From Thermoproteota archaeon (GTDB lineage Archaea; Korarchaeota; Korarchaeia; Korarchaeales; Korarchaeaceae): 64,000 nucleotides of DNA. Of the stretch, positions 55,656 through 64,000 are shown piece by piece. A model generated the notes under the pieces. The model was not told the origin of the DNA and searched no databases. It saw only the letters and a program-made list of their open reading frames with translations. Each line of letters begins with the position of its first letter. Position 1 is the stretch's first letter. The stretch is taken from positions 64,001-128,000 of the forward strand of contig JAOZFI010000036.1 of NCBI GenBank assembly GCA_027491395.1. The letters run 5' to 3'. The position numbers were made by a program, and so were the translations under genes.

Positions 55656-58153
55656 TGAGGAAGATCGCACCGATAGTCTCGATGATCCTCGTATTGCTCC
55701 CTATCCTCTCAGCTAGTGTGAGCGGATCCCTCTCCTCTTACCTGAAGGTAGAAGATTCGTACTGGAGCGGCCTCCTAGTGTTAGGGGCGACGAATACCTT
55801 CACCGTGGAACTGAAGAGCCTCTACTCCGGATCCATAAGCGGAATTTCCGCCACTTTGACCGTCCACGATATGGCTGGATCTGATTACTCGGGAACCTTC
55901 TCCTACCCCGGCTCCCTCTTCGAAGGGCAAGTGCTGGTCATGGACTTCGGAATATTCGTTCCAGCGAACGCGGATGCGTCCCATTATAGGGCTACCTTGG
56001 AGGTGAGCTTCATGGCGGACGGCACTCCTGAAACGGAGACGTTCGATCTCTACGTGACGATCCAGGGCACCCCTCAAGTGAGGTGCTCCCTCTCCGCCAC
56101 CGCCAAGCCAGGGAGGCCTGCTACCGCCCAACTTACACTTTCCAACAACGGAGATGGCGTCGCTAGGAGGGTAAGGGCCATAATAAACCCTGCATCACCT
56201 AATGTCCAAGTTTCCTCCCCGGTGGAGGCCGGTATCATCGATCCGGGTGGAAGTAAGACGTTTCCCGTCACCATACATGTCGGCGACGCCGCTGATGAGG
56301 CGGTGACCTTGACGGTTACCGTCACTTGGGAATCTCAGGTGGGAGCTGGTGGTCAGTATACATGCACGCAAAATGTGGTAATCTCGGAGATGCCGCCTCG
56401 CGGCCTATTCGTGACCACAAACACCACGACCTTGGAACCGGGCAGGGTAAATAGGATATACCTCTTCGTTGAGAACAGAGGGGAAGATGCATTCAGAGCC
56501 ACGTTAACCGTTCAATCACCCCCGAATACGGCTGTACGTGGGTCTAACAAGGTAGACTTGGGGAACATATCTTCAGGGAATGTAGTGTGCGTTCCCATAG
56601 ACCTCTTCGTGGATCCGTCAATCAGGGGGCCCCTGCAGTTATCGACCAACGTTGAATGGTTTGATTCTGGATCTGAGCGCCACACCAATCCTGCGAACTT
56701 AGGATTTTACGTGGAAACTATCCCGGGGCCCTACCTCGTTGCCTACACGGATAAGAAGGTGCTGACTCCAGGAGAGCAGGATATGGTGAACATAGTCCTG
56801 AGGAACGAAGGGGAGGAAACTGCTAAGTCCGTCAGGGTGAACTTTGTTCCCTCCAAGGATTTGGCGCTTCTATCCCCAAGTGGAGTCGAGGTAGGGGACT
56901 TGGAGCCTGGGAAGGGAGCTGAGATGACTATACTGGTATCCTCGCCGAACGTGAGTTATGGGAGCCTGGCGATGACTCTCCAAATCTCATACATCGATGA
57001 GCATGACAGATCTAGGGAGCAGGTTATACCCCTATCCTTCATAACAGAGAGTCCGGACACCCCTCTGATCTCCGTGTCACCGTTAGATACGGAGCTGACG
57101 GTGGATGAGGTGAGCAGCATCAGGGTGAAGGTAACGAACGAGGGAGGGATAGCTAGAGACTTGGTATTGAAGTTGGCCCTGCCCTCCCCGGAGTTGGGTG
57201 CTATAGTAGGTGAGGACCACGCCTACATAGAGCAGCTCGATCCCGGGGAATCAGTGATAAGAGAATTCTCCGTTTATCTATCGCCTCAAGCATACGGAGC
57301 AGTCCAACTCTTGGTTCACGCAAGCTACGAGGACGAGGCAGGCATTGCTCACAATGATCTGCTCTCATTCGGTGTGAGAGCCGTGGGAAAACCCCAGATA
57401 GAGGTGGCTCATGTATCTACAGCCCCCTCCTCCGTATATCCCGGTGATACCAACGTGAAGCTGGTTGTGGTCCTGACCAATGTAGGCAATTACGTGGCCA
57501 AGGACCTGAGAGTCGTCCTCAAGCCCATCCCCGGTGTGATGAAACCCTCATCTCCGGGAACCGACACGTTCCTCATACCGGCACTGCCACCTAACCAGGC
57601 AATGGATGCTACATTCCTCGTCGATATAGAGGAAAACGCCAAGCCAGGCAGGTACGAAGCCACACTGGTTTCCAAACTCGGGAACACTACCATACCCGTC
57701 CAAATAGATGAGAAGGCGAAGTTCAAGCTGCTCGAGTTCTCCATACCGGGTAGGCCCAAACCTGGAGACAGGGGAGTGAAGCTGACAGTTGTAATAAAGA
57801 ACGAGGCCAGGGTGACGGCTAAAGACGTCGTCCTAGAGGTCATAACTCCTTACTTGGTGGGAACGACGTCCTTGGCGCTGGGAGAGGTACCCTCGAAGTC
57901 CAACGCCTCCGCCATAATGGAAGTGGATATAGATGAGAACGCTCCTGAGAAGGTGCCAGTGGATATCAAGATCTCTTGGAAGCAGGACGGTCGCTCGCTC
58001 TATCAGACAATCCATACGGAGGTGAAACTGGAGGCCACTGGAGGAAAGTGGTGGGGAGGGAACTACTTAAGTCTCATAGCGATATCGATCATAGCAGTCG
58101 GAGTCTTAGCGTCCCTCCCAATGATAAAGAAGCTCATTACAGGAGGTTCTTAG
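55652..58153 (+). CDS. COG1361 S-layer-domain/Ig-repeat surface protein
   Basis: Signal peptide, repeated N.G...A and L.PG motifs, C-terminal TM; coupled to ABC operon. Confidence 0.8.
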   Translation: MMRKIAPIVSMILVLLPILSASVSGSLSSYLKVEDSYWSGLLVLGATNTFTVELKSLYSGSISGISATLTVHDMAGSDYSGTFSYPGSLFEGQVLVMDFGIFVPANADASHYRATLEVSFMADGTPETETFDLYVTIQGTPQVRCSLSATAKPGRPATAQLTLSNNGDGVARRVRAIINPASPNVQVSSPVEAGIIDPGGSKTFPVTIHVGDAADEAVTLTVTVTWESQVGAGGQYTCTQNVVISEMPPRGLFVTTNTTTLEPGRVNRIYLFVENRGEDAFRATLTVQSPPNTAVRGSNKVDLGNISSGNVVCVPIDLFVDPSIRGPLQLSTNVEWFDSGSERHTNPANLGFYVETIPGPYLVAYTDKKVLTPGEQDMVNIVLRNEGEETAKSVRVNFVPSKDLALLSPSGVEVGDLEPGKGAEMTILVSSPNVSYGSLAMTLQISYIDEHDRSREQVIPLSFITESPDTPLISVSPLDTELTVDEVSSIRVKVTNEGGIARDLVLKLALPSPELGAIVGEDHAYIEQLDPGESVIREFSVYLSPQAYGAVQLLVHASYEDEAGIAHNDLLSFGVRAVGKPQIEVAHVSTAPSSVYPGDTNVKLVVVLTNVGNYVAKDLRVVLKPIPGVMKPSSPGTDTFLIPALPPNQAMDATFLVDIEENAKPGRYEATLVSKLGNTTIPVQIDEKAKFKLLEFSIPGRPKPGDRGVKLTVVIKNEARVTAKDVVLEVITPYLVGTTSLALGEVPSKSNASAIMEVDIDENAPEKVPVDIKISWKQDGRSLYQTIHTEVKLEATGGKWWGGNYLSLIAISIIAVGVLASLPMIKKLITGGS

Positions 58154-59576
58154 CCCTCCCGAACTCCACGAGAGCCTTCATGGCTCTCACAGCTCTTTCT
58201 GACTCAGGGTATGCTGGTATGCCCTCCCTCTCGAAGAGCTCCCTGAACTCCCTCGCGTACTGAGATGACCCCACATCCATAGCCACCACCGGCTTGTCGT
58301 ACTCCCTAGCCAATCTGGCCAGTTTGCTGGGAAGCTCTGCACTCACGCCGGGAACGTGGTGGAGCGCGAGGACTATAATCCCATCCACGTTCTCGTCTTC
58401 CAGCAGGATCTTCATCGATTCAACGAATGAATCGTCAGTCGCGCTTCCCGTGAGATCCACTGGATTACCTGTGGCAGCTATAGGAGGTATTATCCTCCTC
58501 TCTTTGAGCTCTTGGAACTTCCTCTGACTCTCTTCAGTTAAATTGGACAGCCTGAGACCTAGCGCTTCCGTCTCATCGGCGGCCATAACCCCCACCCCAC
58601 CCCCATCGGTGAGTATTGCTATCCTGTCACCCTTCGCGGGCGGCTGCATCACGAGGGCCTTAGCGGCGTCGAACAGTTCCTCCATATCCCTGACCCTTAT
58701 CACTCCCGCTTGCTTGAACGCCGCGTCGTAGACGGAATCGCTTCCAGCCATCGCGGCGGTGTGGGAACTGGCGGCCCTGGCTCCGGCGCTGGTCCTCCCA
58801 GCTTTGAAGACCACGATGGGTTTCTCTCTAGTTATCTCCTTGGCTAGCTCGAGGAATTCCCTTCCCCTATCAATGGATTCGGCGTAGATGAGTATGACCT
58901 TGGTCTCTTCATCGTCTTTCAGGTACTCCAGCACATCCACCTCGTCCACATCGAGCTTGTTCCCGTAGCTCACGAACTTGGCCAGCCCTATACCCTCTCC
59001 ATGCATGTAGTCCAAGCAAGCGACCCCGAAGGCGCCTGACTGGGTGCTGAGGGATATGTTCCCCGGCTTGGGCCTAGGGGACGAGGTGTACTTCCTCCCT
59101 AAGAATTCCTTCTCGACCGGTAGGAACATGGTGTCCACGCCCGTGGAGGGGACCACCACTCCCACGCAGTTCGGTCCAATAACCCTCATCCTGTATCTCT
59201 CCTTGATGCTCTCAAGCATCTTCTGGAGCTCCACCCCCTCCCCTCCCACCTCGGCGAATCCCCCGCTTATCACTATGACATTCTTTATGCCCTTCTTCCC
59301 GCATTCCTCCATAGCTGGTGGGGTATATTTGGCGGGAGTTACCAAGACGGCTAGGTCGGGGGTCTCGGGAATATCCAACACCGATTTGTATGTGGGAACC
59401 CCCAGAATCATCTCATCAGATTTCGGATTGACCGCGAAGAGCTTGCCCTTGTAGATCCCTCTTTGAGAATTCTCCACCATGATCCTCAGCAGCTCGTATC
59501 CTATCTTACCAGGAGTCCTCGATGCTCCCACGATCACCATTGATTTCGGGTTGAAGAAGCTCTCTATCGAAGACAC
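58137..59576 (-). CDS. acdA: ADP-forming acyl-CoA synthetase alpha subunit
   Basis: FFNPKS.IVGAS, GPNCVG, QSGA, GNKLD, AASSHT (phospho-His), NPVDLTG. Confidence 0.9.
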   Translation of the reverse strand: MSSIESFFNPKSMVIVGASRTPGKIGYELLRIMVENSQRGIYKGKLFAVNPKSDEMILGVPTYKSVLDIPETPDLAVLVTPAKYTPPAMEECGKKGIKNVIVISGGFAEVGGEGVELQKMLESIKERYRMRVIGPNCVGVVVPSTGVDTMFLPVEKEFLGRKYTSSPRPKPGNISLSTQSGAFGVACLDYMHGEGIGLAKFVSYGNKLDVDEVDVLEYLKDDEETKVILIYAESIDRGREFLELAKEITREKPIVVFKAGRTSAGARAASSHTAAMAGSDSVYDAAFKQAGVIRVRDMEELFDAAKALVMQPPAKGDRIAILTDGGGVGVMAADETEALGLRLSNLTEESQRKFQELKERRIIPPIAATGNPVDLTGSATDDSFVESMKILLEDENVDGIIVLALHHVPGVSAELPSKLARLAREYDKPVVAMDVGSSQYAREFRELFEREGIPAYPESERAVRAMKALVEFGRAKNLL

Positions 59577-59706
59577 CTTACTCCACCAAGCCTCTCCCTA
59601 GTGTCATAATAAAGAGATTTCACGGCATACTCCTATCGAATGAGAGGATCGAATATACCTGAGATTAAGAAAAAGGAAAGGCCCGGGCGGAAAAAGGGCC
59701 GGGAGC

Positions 59707-59931
59707 TTATGTCTTCCAGACAGCTCTAACAGCCAGCTCGATGTCGTCGCCGGTTACGGTCTTCCTATTGGCATGCTTGGCGAGGCTGACGGCGTGCTTG
59801 CTCACTTCCATGGCAAACTTCTCCATGTAATGCTCCAGCCTCTCAACGGCAGCGTCACTAACCCTCTCAGCACCGGCCTCCCGGATTATCCTCCCGATGG
59901 GAGCTAAAGGTAGATACCTCGTCTTGGGCAT
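59707..59931 (-). CDS. Archaeal histone
   Basis: LPLAPIGRIIREAGAERVS...AKHANRKTV..DIELA. Confidence 0.95.
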   Translation of the reverse strand: MPKTRYLPLAPIGRIIREAGAERVSDAAVERLEHYMEKFAMEVSKHAVSLAKHANRKTVTGDDIELAVRAVWKT

Positions 59932-60109
59932 AAGATAAGGGATCTCAGGTTAAATAAAAAATTTCCCCTTCAAAGCTATGAGAGGGCTCTACTCAGGAGA
60001 TTAGCTTATAACTTCGACATCATCATCTTTACATTGAAATCCATTTAATTTAACATCTGGGATCTCAGGAAGTAGGGAAATTACAAGTTCACTTGGAATA
60101 AATGGAGAG

Positions 60110-60676
60110 GTGTTATTAATTATGGCGAGGAGAGTAAGAATTAGCAAATTGGTATCGCTACTACTGAGGCATAGACCGGACTTAGGTGGATTGTCGCCAG
60201 ATGAGAGAGGGTTTGTCCCGCTCGACGATCTCCTAGACTCTGTAGTTAAAATTATGAGGGAAAAATGCTCTAGGGAAGAGGTCTTGGACGTCATAATGAG
60301 CGACGAGGAGAGGTTCGAGGTAGTGGACGGAATGGTGAGGGCTAGGTATGGCCACAGTTTTACTGTCACATACGATAGGTCCCTACCTCTGGACGAGGTC
60401 CCCGACATACTGTATCACGGGACCACTCTCAGCTCCCTAGGATCAATATTGAGGGAGGGGCTCAAGCCGATGGGTAGGGGATACGTCCACCTCTCTCTCA
60501 CCAAGGAGAGGGCCTTGAAAGTGGCAAAAAGGAGAAAAGGACCTCACGTCATCCTCAGGATAAGGGCTAGAGATCTAGCTAGGTATGTACCGCTGTATAG
60601 ACCATCGCGCCTGACCTTCTTGGTGAAGAGGGTTCCTCCTGAATATATAGAAGTGGAGGAGGTAGTCAGGGGGTAA
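60110..60676 (+). CDS. kptA: RNA 2'-phosphotransferase (KptA/Tpt1)
   Basis: ISK.VS.LLRH, RF, RARYGHS, LYHGT, GLKPM.R.YVHLS. Confidence 0.92.
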   Translation: MLLIMARRVRISKLVSLLLRHRPDLGGLSPDERGFVPLDDLLDSVVKIMREKCSREEVLDVIMSDEERFEVVDGMVRARYGHSFTVTYDRSLPLDEVPDILYHGTTLSSLGSILREGLKPMGRGYVHLSLTKERALKVAKRRKGPHVILRIRARDLARYVPLYRPSRLTFLVKRVPPEYIEVEEVVRG

Positions 60677-60677
60677 T

Positions 60678-61547
60678 TTGGATCCGGTCATAATAGTGCA
60701 CGGTGGGGCTTGGGACATACCTCCGGACCTTTTGGAACCCAGCGTTCTCGGTGTGGAGAGGGCAGCCCGTGAGGGATTCAAGTTACTGCAGGAAGGATAT
60801 TCAGCCTTGGATGCTGTTGAGCGAGCGGTTGCAATAATGGAGGACAATCCAACGTTCGATGCAGGTGTAGGATCCGTTCTCAACTTGGAGGGATACGTGG
60901 AGCTGGATGCCATAATAGTGGACGGGGCTTCCCTGAGGTTCGGTTCTGTCGCGGCTGTTAGGCGCATTAAGAACCCTATCTCTTTAGCTAGGGCCATAAT
61001 GGAGGAGATGGAGGAGATGATGTTCGTCTCCGAGGGTGCCGAGAGGGTTGCCTTGGAGTTGGGGTTCGAACTGATAGATCCCGAGGAGCTGATCGTTGAG
61101 AGGGAGCGTGAGGCTTGGAAGAGGAGGATCTCTAGTGTAAGGGGGACCGTCGGTGCCGTCGCTCTGGATACCAATGGCAGGATAGCGGCCGCCACCTCCA
61201 CGGGTGGCGTGCCCCTCAAGAGGCCGGGCAGGGTGGGGGATACTCCACTCATAGGGTGTGGGGCCTACGCCAACGAGCTAGGTGGGGCGAGCTCCACTGG
61301 GCAGGGAGAGCCAATAATGAGGGTAATGCTATCCAAACTCGCTGTGGATTTCTTGGCTAGGGGGCTACACCCCACAGAGGCCGCTCAGAGGTCTCTCTCC
61401 TTCATGGCCGATAGGACGGGAGGTTGGGGTGGCGTAATAGTCCTAGATAACAGAGGGAAGGTGGGATACGCCCACACCTCTAAGAGGATGGCGGTCGCCT
61501 ACTCCATAGACGGGGATGTAGTGGCGAAGATCAGCTCACTTGAGTGA
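60678..61547 (+). CDS. Isoaspartyl peptidase/L-asparaginase (Ntn hydrolase)
   Basis: VHGGA, GTVGAVA, ATSTGG, GRVGDTP. Confidence 0.92.
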   Translation: MDPVIIVHGGAWDIPPDLLEPSVLGVERAAREGFKLLQEGYSALDAVERAVAIMEDNPTFDAGVGSVLNLEGYVELDAIIVDGASLRFGSVAAVRRIKNPISLARAIMEEMEEMMFVSEGAERVALELGFELIDPEELIVEREREAWKRRISSVRGTVGAVALDTNGRIAAATSTGGVPLKRPGRVGDTPLIGCGAYANELGGASSTGQGEPIMRVMLSKLAVDFLARGLHPTEAAQRSLSFMADRTGGWGGVIVLDNRGKVGYAHTSKRMAVAYSIDGDVVAKISSLE

Positions 61548-62526
61548 GATCAGGGTAGGGATCCCTAACCTCCTCCGGACTTGGAAATTCCCTCACTTCC
61601 CCCTCTGCGACAAACTCCCTCCCCTCCTTCCTGAGCTCGCCGATAATCCTCACGACGAATCCGTGGGATTCCATGAGATCCTTGAGGAAACCTAAAGGTA
61701 AGTTGCCCGGGATGGCGGCCAGCACCACGCCTGAGCTTGAGGCAGCCATGGGATCAAACCCCCTCTCCCGACCCAGCCTTAGGAGCTCCGGCGGAAAGGG
61801 AATGAGGTCCCTGTTCACGGTGAAGCCGAGCTCAGCAGCATCTGCAAAGTCATTCAGGAGTCTTATAAGCCCGCCCTCCGCTCCATCCTTCATACCGTTT
61901 ACCCTCGAGAATAGAACAAGGTCTCTAGCTGAATCCACGGCAGTTAACATCCATCTAGCTCTCTTCCATCTCTCCACAGTCCTCTTGCCGAACCTCTCCT
62001 CTAGGAGCGCGGGATTGAAGTGAGCTATGCCGTACAGCAACTCAGCTCCAGGTGTGCCGACTAGGAGTAGCCTATCCCCGACCCTAGCTAGCTTGGGCGT
62101 CACCGGCTCCCTGACCTCTCCGATCACTGTTGTGACGACGACTGGCTCCTTCACCGACTCGTACCTACCGGTGTGCCCGGTTATTACAGTTACGCCGTAC
62201 CTGTAAGCCTCCCAGTCTATCCCCTTGGCTATCTTCAGAGCTAGATCGTCGCTAGCGTCAGCCGGCAGGAGTATGGTGCTGGTCATTAGCTTGGGCTCGG
62301 CCCCCAAGACGGCCACATCCGACGCGGAGAAGTGAAAAGCGAAGTAGCCGAGATCCTCATCAGGCACTCCTAAGGCCGGATCGGTGGCGTACACCCTCGT
62401 CAGGCCCATTAACCTCTCCGCCCCAGCATCTATGCTGGGATGCGGAGGAACAGCTATGTTCCTGCCGAGCCTACCGACATATTTCGTTATTTCCTTCAGT
62501 AAGGATCTCCCAGCTTTTCCTTCCAT
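61531..62526 (-). CDS. AIR synthase/HypE-like family protein
   Basis: TDP, SDVAVLGAEP, TGHT, KDGAEGG, SSG; start placed at ATG 62526. Confidence 0.8.
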   Translation of the reverse strand: MEGKAGRSLLKEITKYVGRLGRNIAVPPHPSIDAGAERLMGLTRVYATDPALGVPDEDLGYFAFHFSASDVAVLGAEPKLMTSTILLPADASDDLALKIAKGIDWEAYRYGVTVITGHTGRYESVKEPVVVTTVIGEVREPVTPKLARVGDRLLLVGTPGAELLYGIAHFNPALLEERFGKRTVERWKRARWMLTAVDSARDLVLFSRVNGMKDGAEGGLIRLLNDFADAAELGFTVNRDLIPFPPELLRLGRERGFDPMAASSSGVVLAAIPGNLPLGFLKDLMESHGFVVRIIGELRKEGREFVAEGEVREFPSPEEVRDPYPDLTQVS

Positions 62527-62590
62527 TTCTCGGGATGTGCGGATGGCTTTAATGATAACATTTTTCAACGCTCTTTTCAGTTGTGGAGGG

Positions 62591-63412
62591 ATGAAGGTAG
62601 CCATCCAAGGGGAGAGAGGGTCGTACAGCGATGAAGCAGCCAAAAAATTCTTTGAGGATAGGGAATACGAACCTCTGTCTAAAAGGTTTTTGGAGGAAGT
62701 GTTCGATTCAATAGAGTCTGAGGAGGCTGACTACGGTGTCATCCCTGTTGAGAATTCCAGTACGGGGGGTATTAGGAAATCCTTAGACCTCCTACTGGAA
62801 AGGGACATTAAGGTCGTGTGCGAGATAAAGGTCCGAGTGAGGCACGCCCTGCTTGGGGTGAAGGGCGCCAGATTAGAGGATGTTGAGGTGGTGTACTCCC
62901 ATCCGGAGGCAATATCTCAGTGCGAGGGATTCCTCAAGTCCCGGGGATGGAGGGTAATTCCGAGCTTCGACACTGCAGGGGCAGCTAGGGAAGTGGCCGA
63001 GCAGGAGGATAGAAGGAAGGCCGCGATAGCTAGCGAGAGGGTGGCTGAGCTTTATGAATTAGAGGTGCTCGCTAGGGACATTCAGGACCTGCCCCACAAC
63101 ACCACTAGGTTTTTCGTGATCACTAAAGAAGGGAAGTGGCCTAGGGACGCTGACACCACATCCGCCTTCTTCGCCACGAGGCACGTGCCGGGCGCCCTGT
63201 GGAGGGCACTTGGAGTGTTCGCTAGGAGGAACATCAACCTCTTATGGCTTGAATCCCGACCTATAAGGAGGGAACCTTGGAATTACTCGTTCTTCGTGGA
63301 ATTCGAGGGGTCTCTATGGGAAGAGTACGTGAGAGATGCCCTCGAGGAGCTGAAGAGCGAGTCGATATGGGTGAAGGTGCTCGGGACCTATAGGAGGACC
63401 TCGGTCTTCTAG
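62591..63412 (+). CDS. pheA: Prephenate dehydratase
   Basis: QGERGSYS, PVENS, YSHPEA..QC, NTTRF, ACT domain LESRP; start at ATG 62591. Confidence 0.93.
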   Translation: MKVAIQGERGSYSDEAAKKFFEDREYEPLSKRFLEEVFDSIESEEADYGVIPVENSSTGGIRKSLDLLLERDIKVVCEIKVRVRHALLGVKGARLEDVEVVYSHPEAISQCEGFLKSRGWRVIPSFDTAGAAREVAEQEDRRKAAIASERVAELYELEVLARDIQDLPHNTTRFFVITKEGKWPRDADTTSAFFATRHVPGALWRALGVFARRNINLLWLESRPIRREPWNYSFFVEFEGSLWEEYVRDALEELKSESIWVKVLGTYRRTSVF

Positions 63413-63451
63413 TCTTGAAACCATAAATTTTGGCTTCTGTAATGAACACCG

Positions 63452-63967
63452 GTGATGAGCATGGCGAGGATAGCCATACTAGTGCACGACAGGGTGGAGG
63501 ATGACGAGTTTACCTTCCCACTCTATTACTTCAAGTGGAGAGGTCACGAGGTGGTAGTGGCATCTCCGCTGGACGAGTTCGGAAGCAAGCATGGCTGCAG
63601 GAAGTGGAAGCCTGATGTGAAGACATCGGACCTGAGGGCCAACAATTTCGATGCTTGCATAATCCCGGGAGGCTACAGCCCCGACAAGCTCAGGCTCGAC
63701 GATCACACGCTGATGTTCGTTAGGGAGATGCTCAAGGCGGGGAAGATCGTCGCTGCTATATGCCACGGTCCTCAAGTGCTCATCTCGGCCAAGATCGTGA
63801 GAGGGAGGAAACTGACCTCGGCTAGGCAGGTCAGAGACGACTTGGTGAACGCTGGCGCCGAGTGGGTGGATGAACCGGTAGTTGTTGATGGGAACTTGAT
63901 CACTTCCAGATATCCTATCGACCTGCCGGGCTTTGTTGAGGCTATAGAGAGGGCCCTAACCCGCTAG
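63452..63967 (+). CDS. PfpI/DJ-1 family protein
   Basis: IPGGYSPDKLR, AAICHGP, VVVDGNLITSR. Confidence 0.92.
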   Translation: MMSMARIAILVHDRVEDDEFTFPLYYFKWRGHEVVVASPLDEFGSKHGCRKWKPDVKTSDLRANNFDACIIPGGYSPDKLRLDDHTLMFVREMLKAGKIVAAICHGPQVLISAKIVRGRKLTSARQVRDDLVNAGAEWVDEPVVVDGNLITSRYPIDLPGFVEAIERALTR

Positions 63968-64000
63968 CTCCTTCCTAAACCTGTCGTCCAAGGCTCTCAC

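Noticed and set aside
59993-60027. Possible box C/D sRNA (AUGAUGA...CUGA on minus strand)
   Set aside because: Only one box pair, AT-rich, no terminal stem and no recognisable rRNA complementarity.
60575-61252. Long antisense ORFs (for example 60575-61252, 42499-43107, 40031-40507)
   Set aside because: Ser/Leu/Pro-rich mirror frames of well-supported genes, with no motifs.
1-64000. CRISPR array, transposase, provirus or defence island
   Set aside because: No repeat-spacer structure or hallmark genes seen by eye.

Overview
Gene-dense, roughly 50% GC archaeal chromosomal region made up mostly of housekeeping genes. The combination of crenarchaeal-type PolB1, an archaeal histone, GatDE, DnaG, pelota, an intron-containing tRNA-Tyr and a fragmented ribosomal-protein operon suggests a TACK-group hyperthermophile, most plausibly Korarchaeota (inference). 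About 70 CDS are supported. They include the HMG-CoA synthase/thiolase/DUF35 operon, a succinate dehydrogenase/fumarate reductase operon transcribed divergently from a Rieske/cytochrome b operon, two ABC exporters, and RNA/DNA repair and modification enzymes. I saw no CRISPR array, integrase or transposase. Highlights beyond the ORF track: two box C/D sRNAs whose guides match conserved rRNA motifs, an H/ACA-like hairpin upstream of dnaG, an unannotated 57-aa membrane protein heading a Rieske/cytb operon with no cytochrome c gene, a thiolase lacking its catalytic Cys and His, a bacterial-type RNase HIII, a superoxide-reductase-like fusion protein, and a probable AUA start codon for rnp1. Product calls come from motif recognition only, and rRNA target sequences are recalled consensus motifs; no database searches were run.
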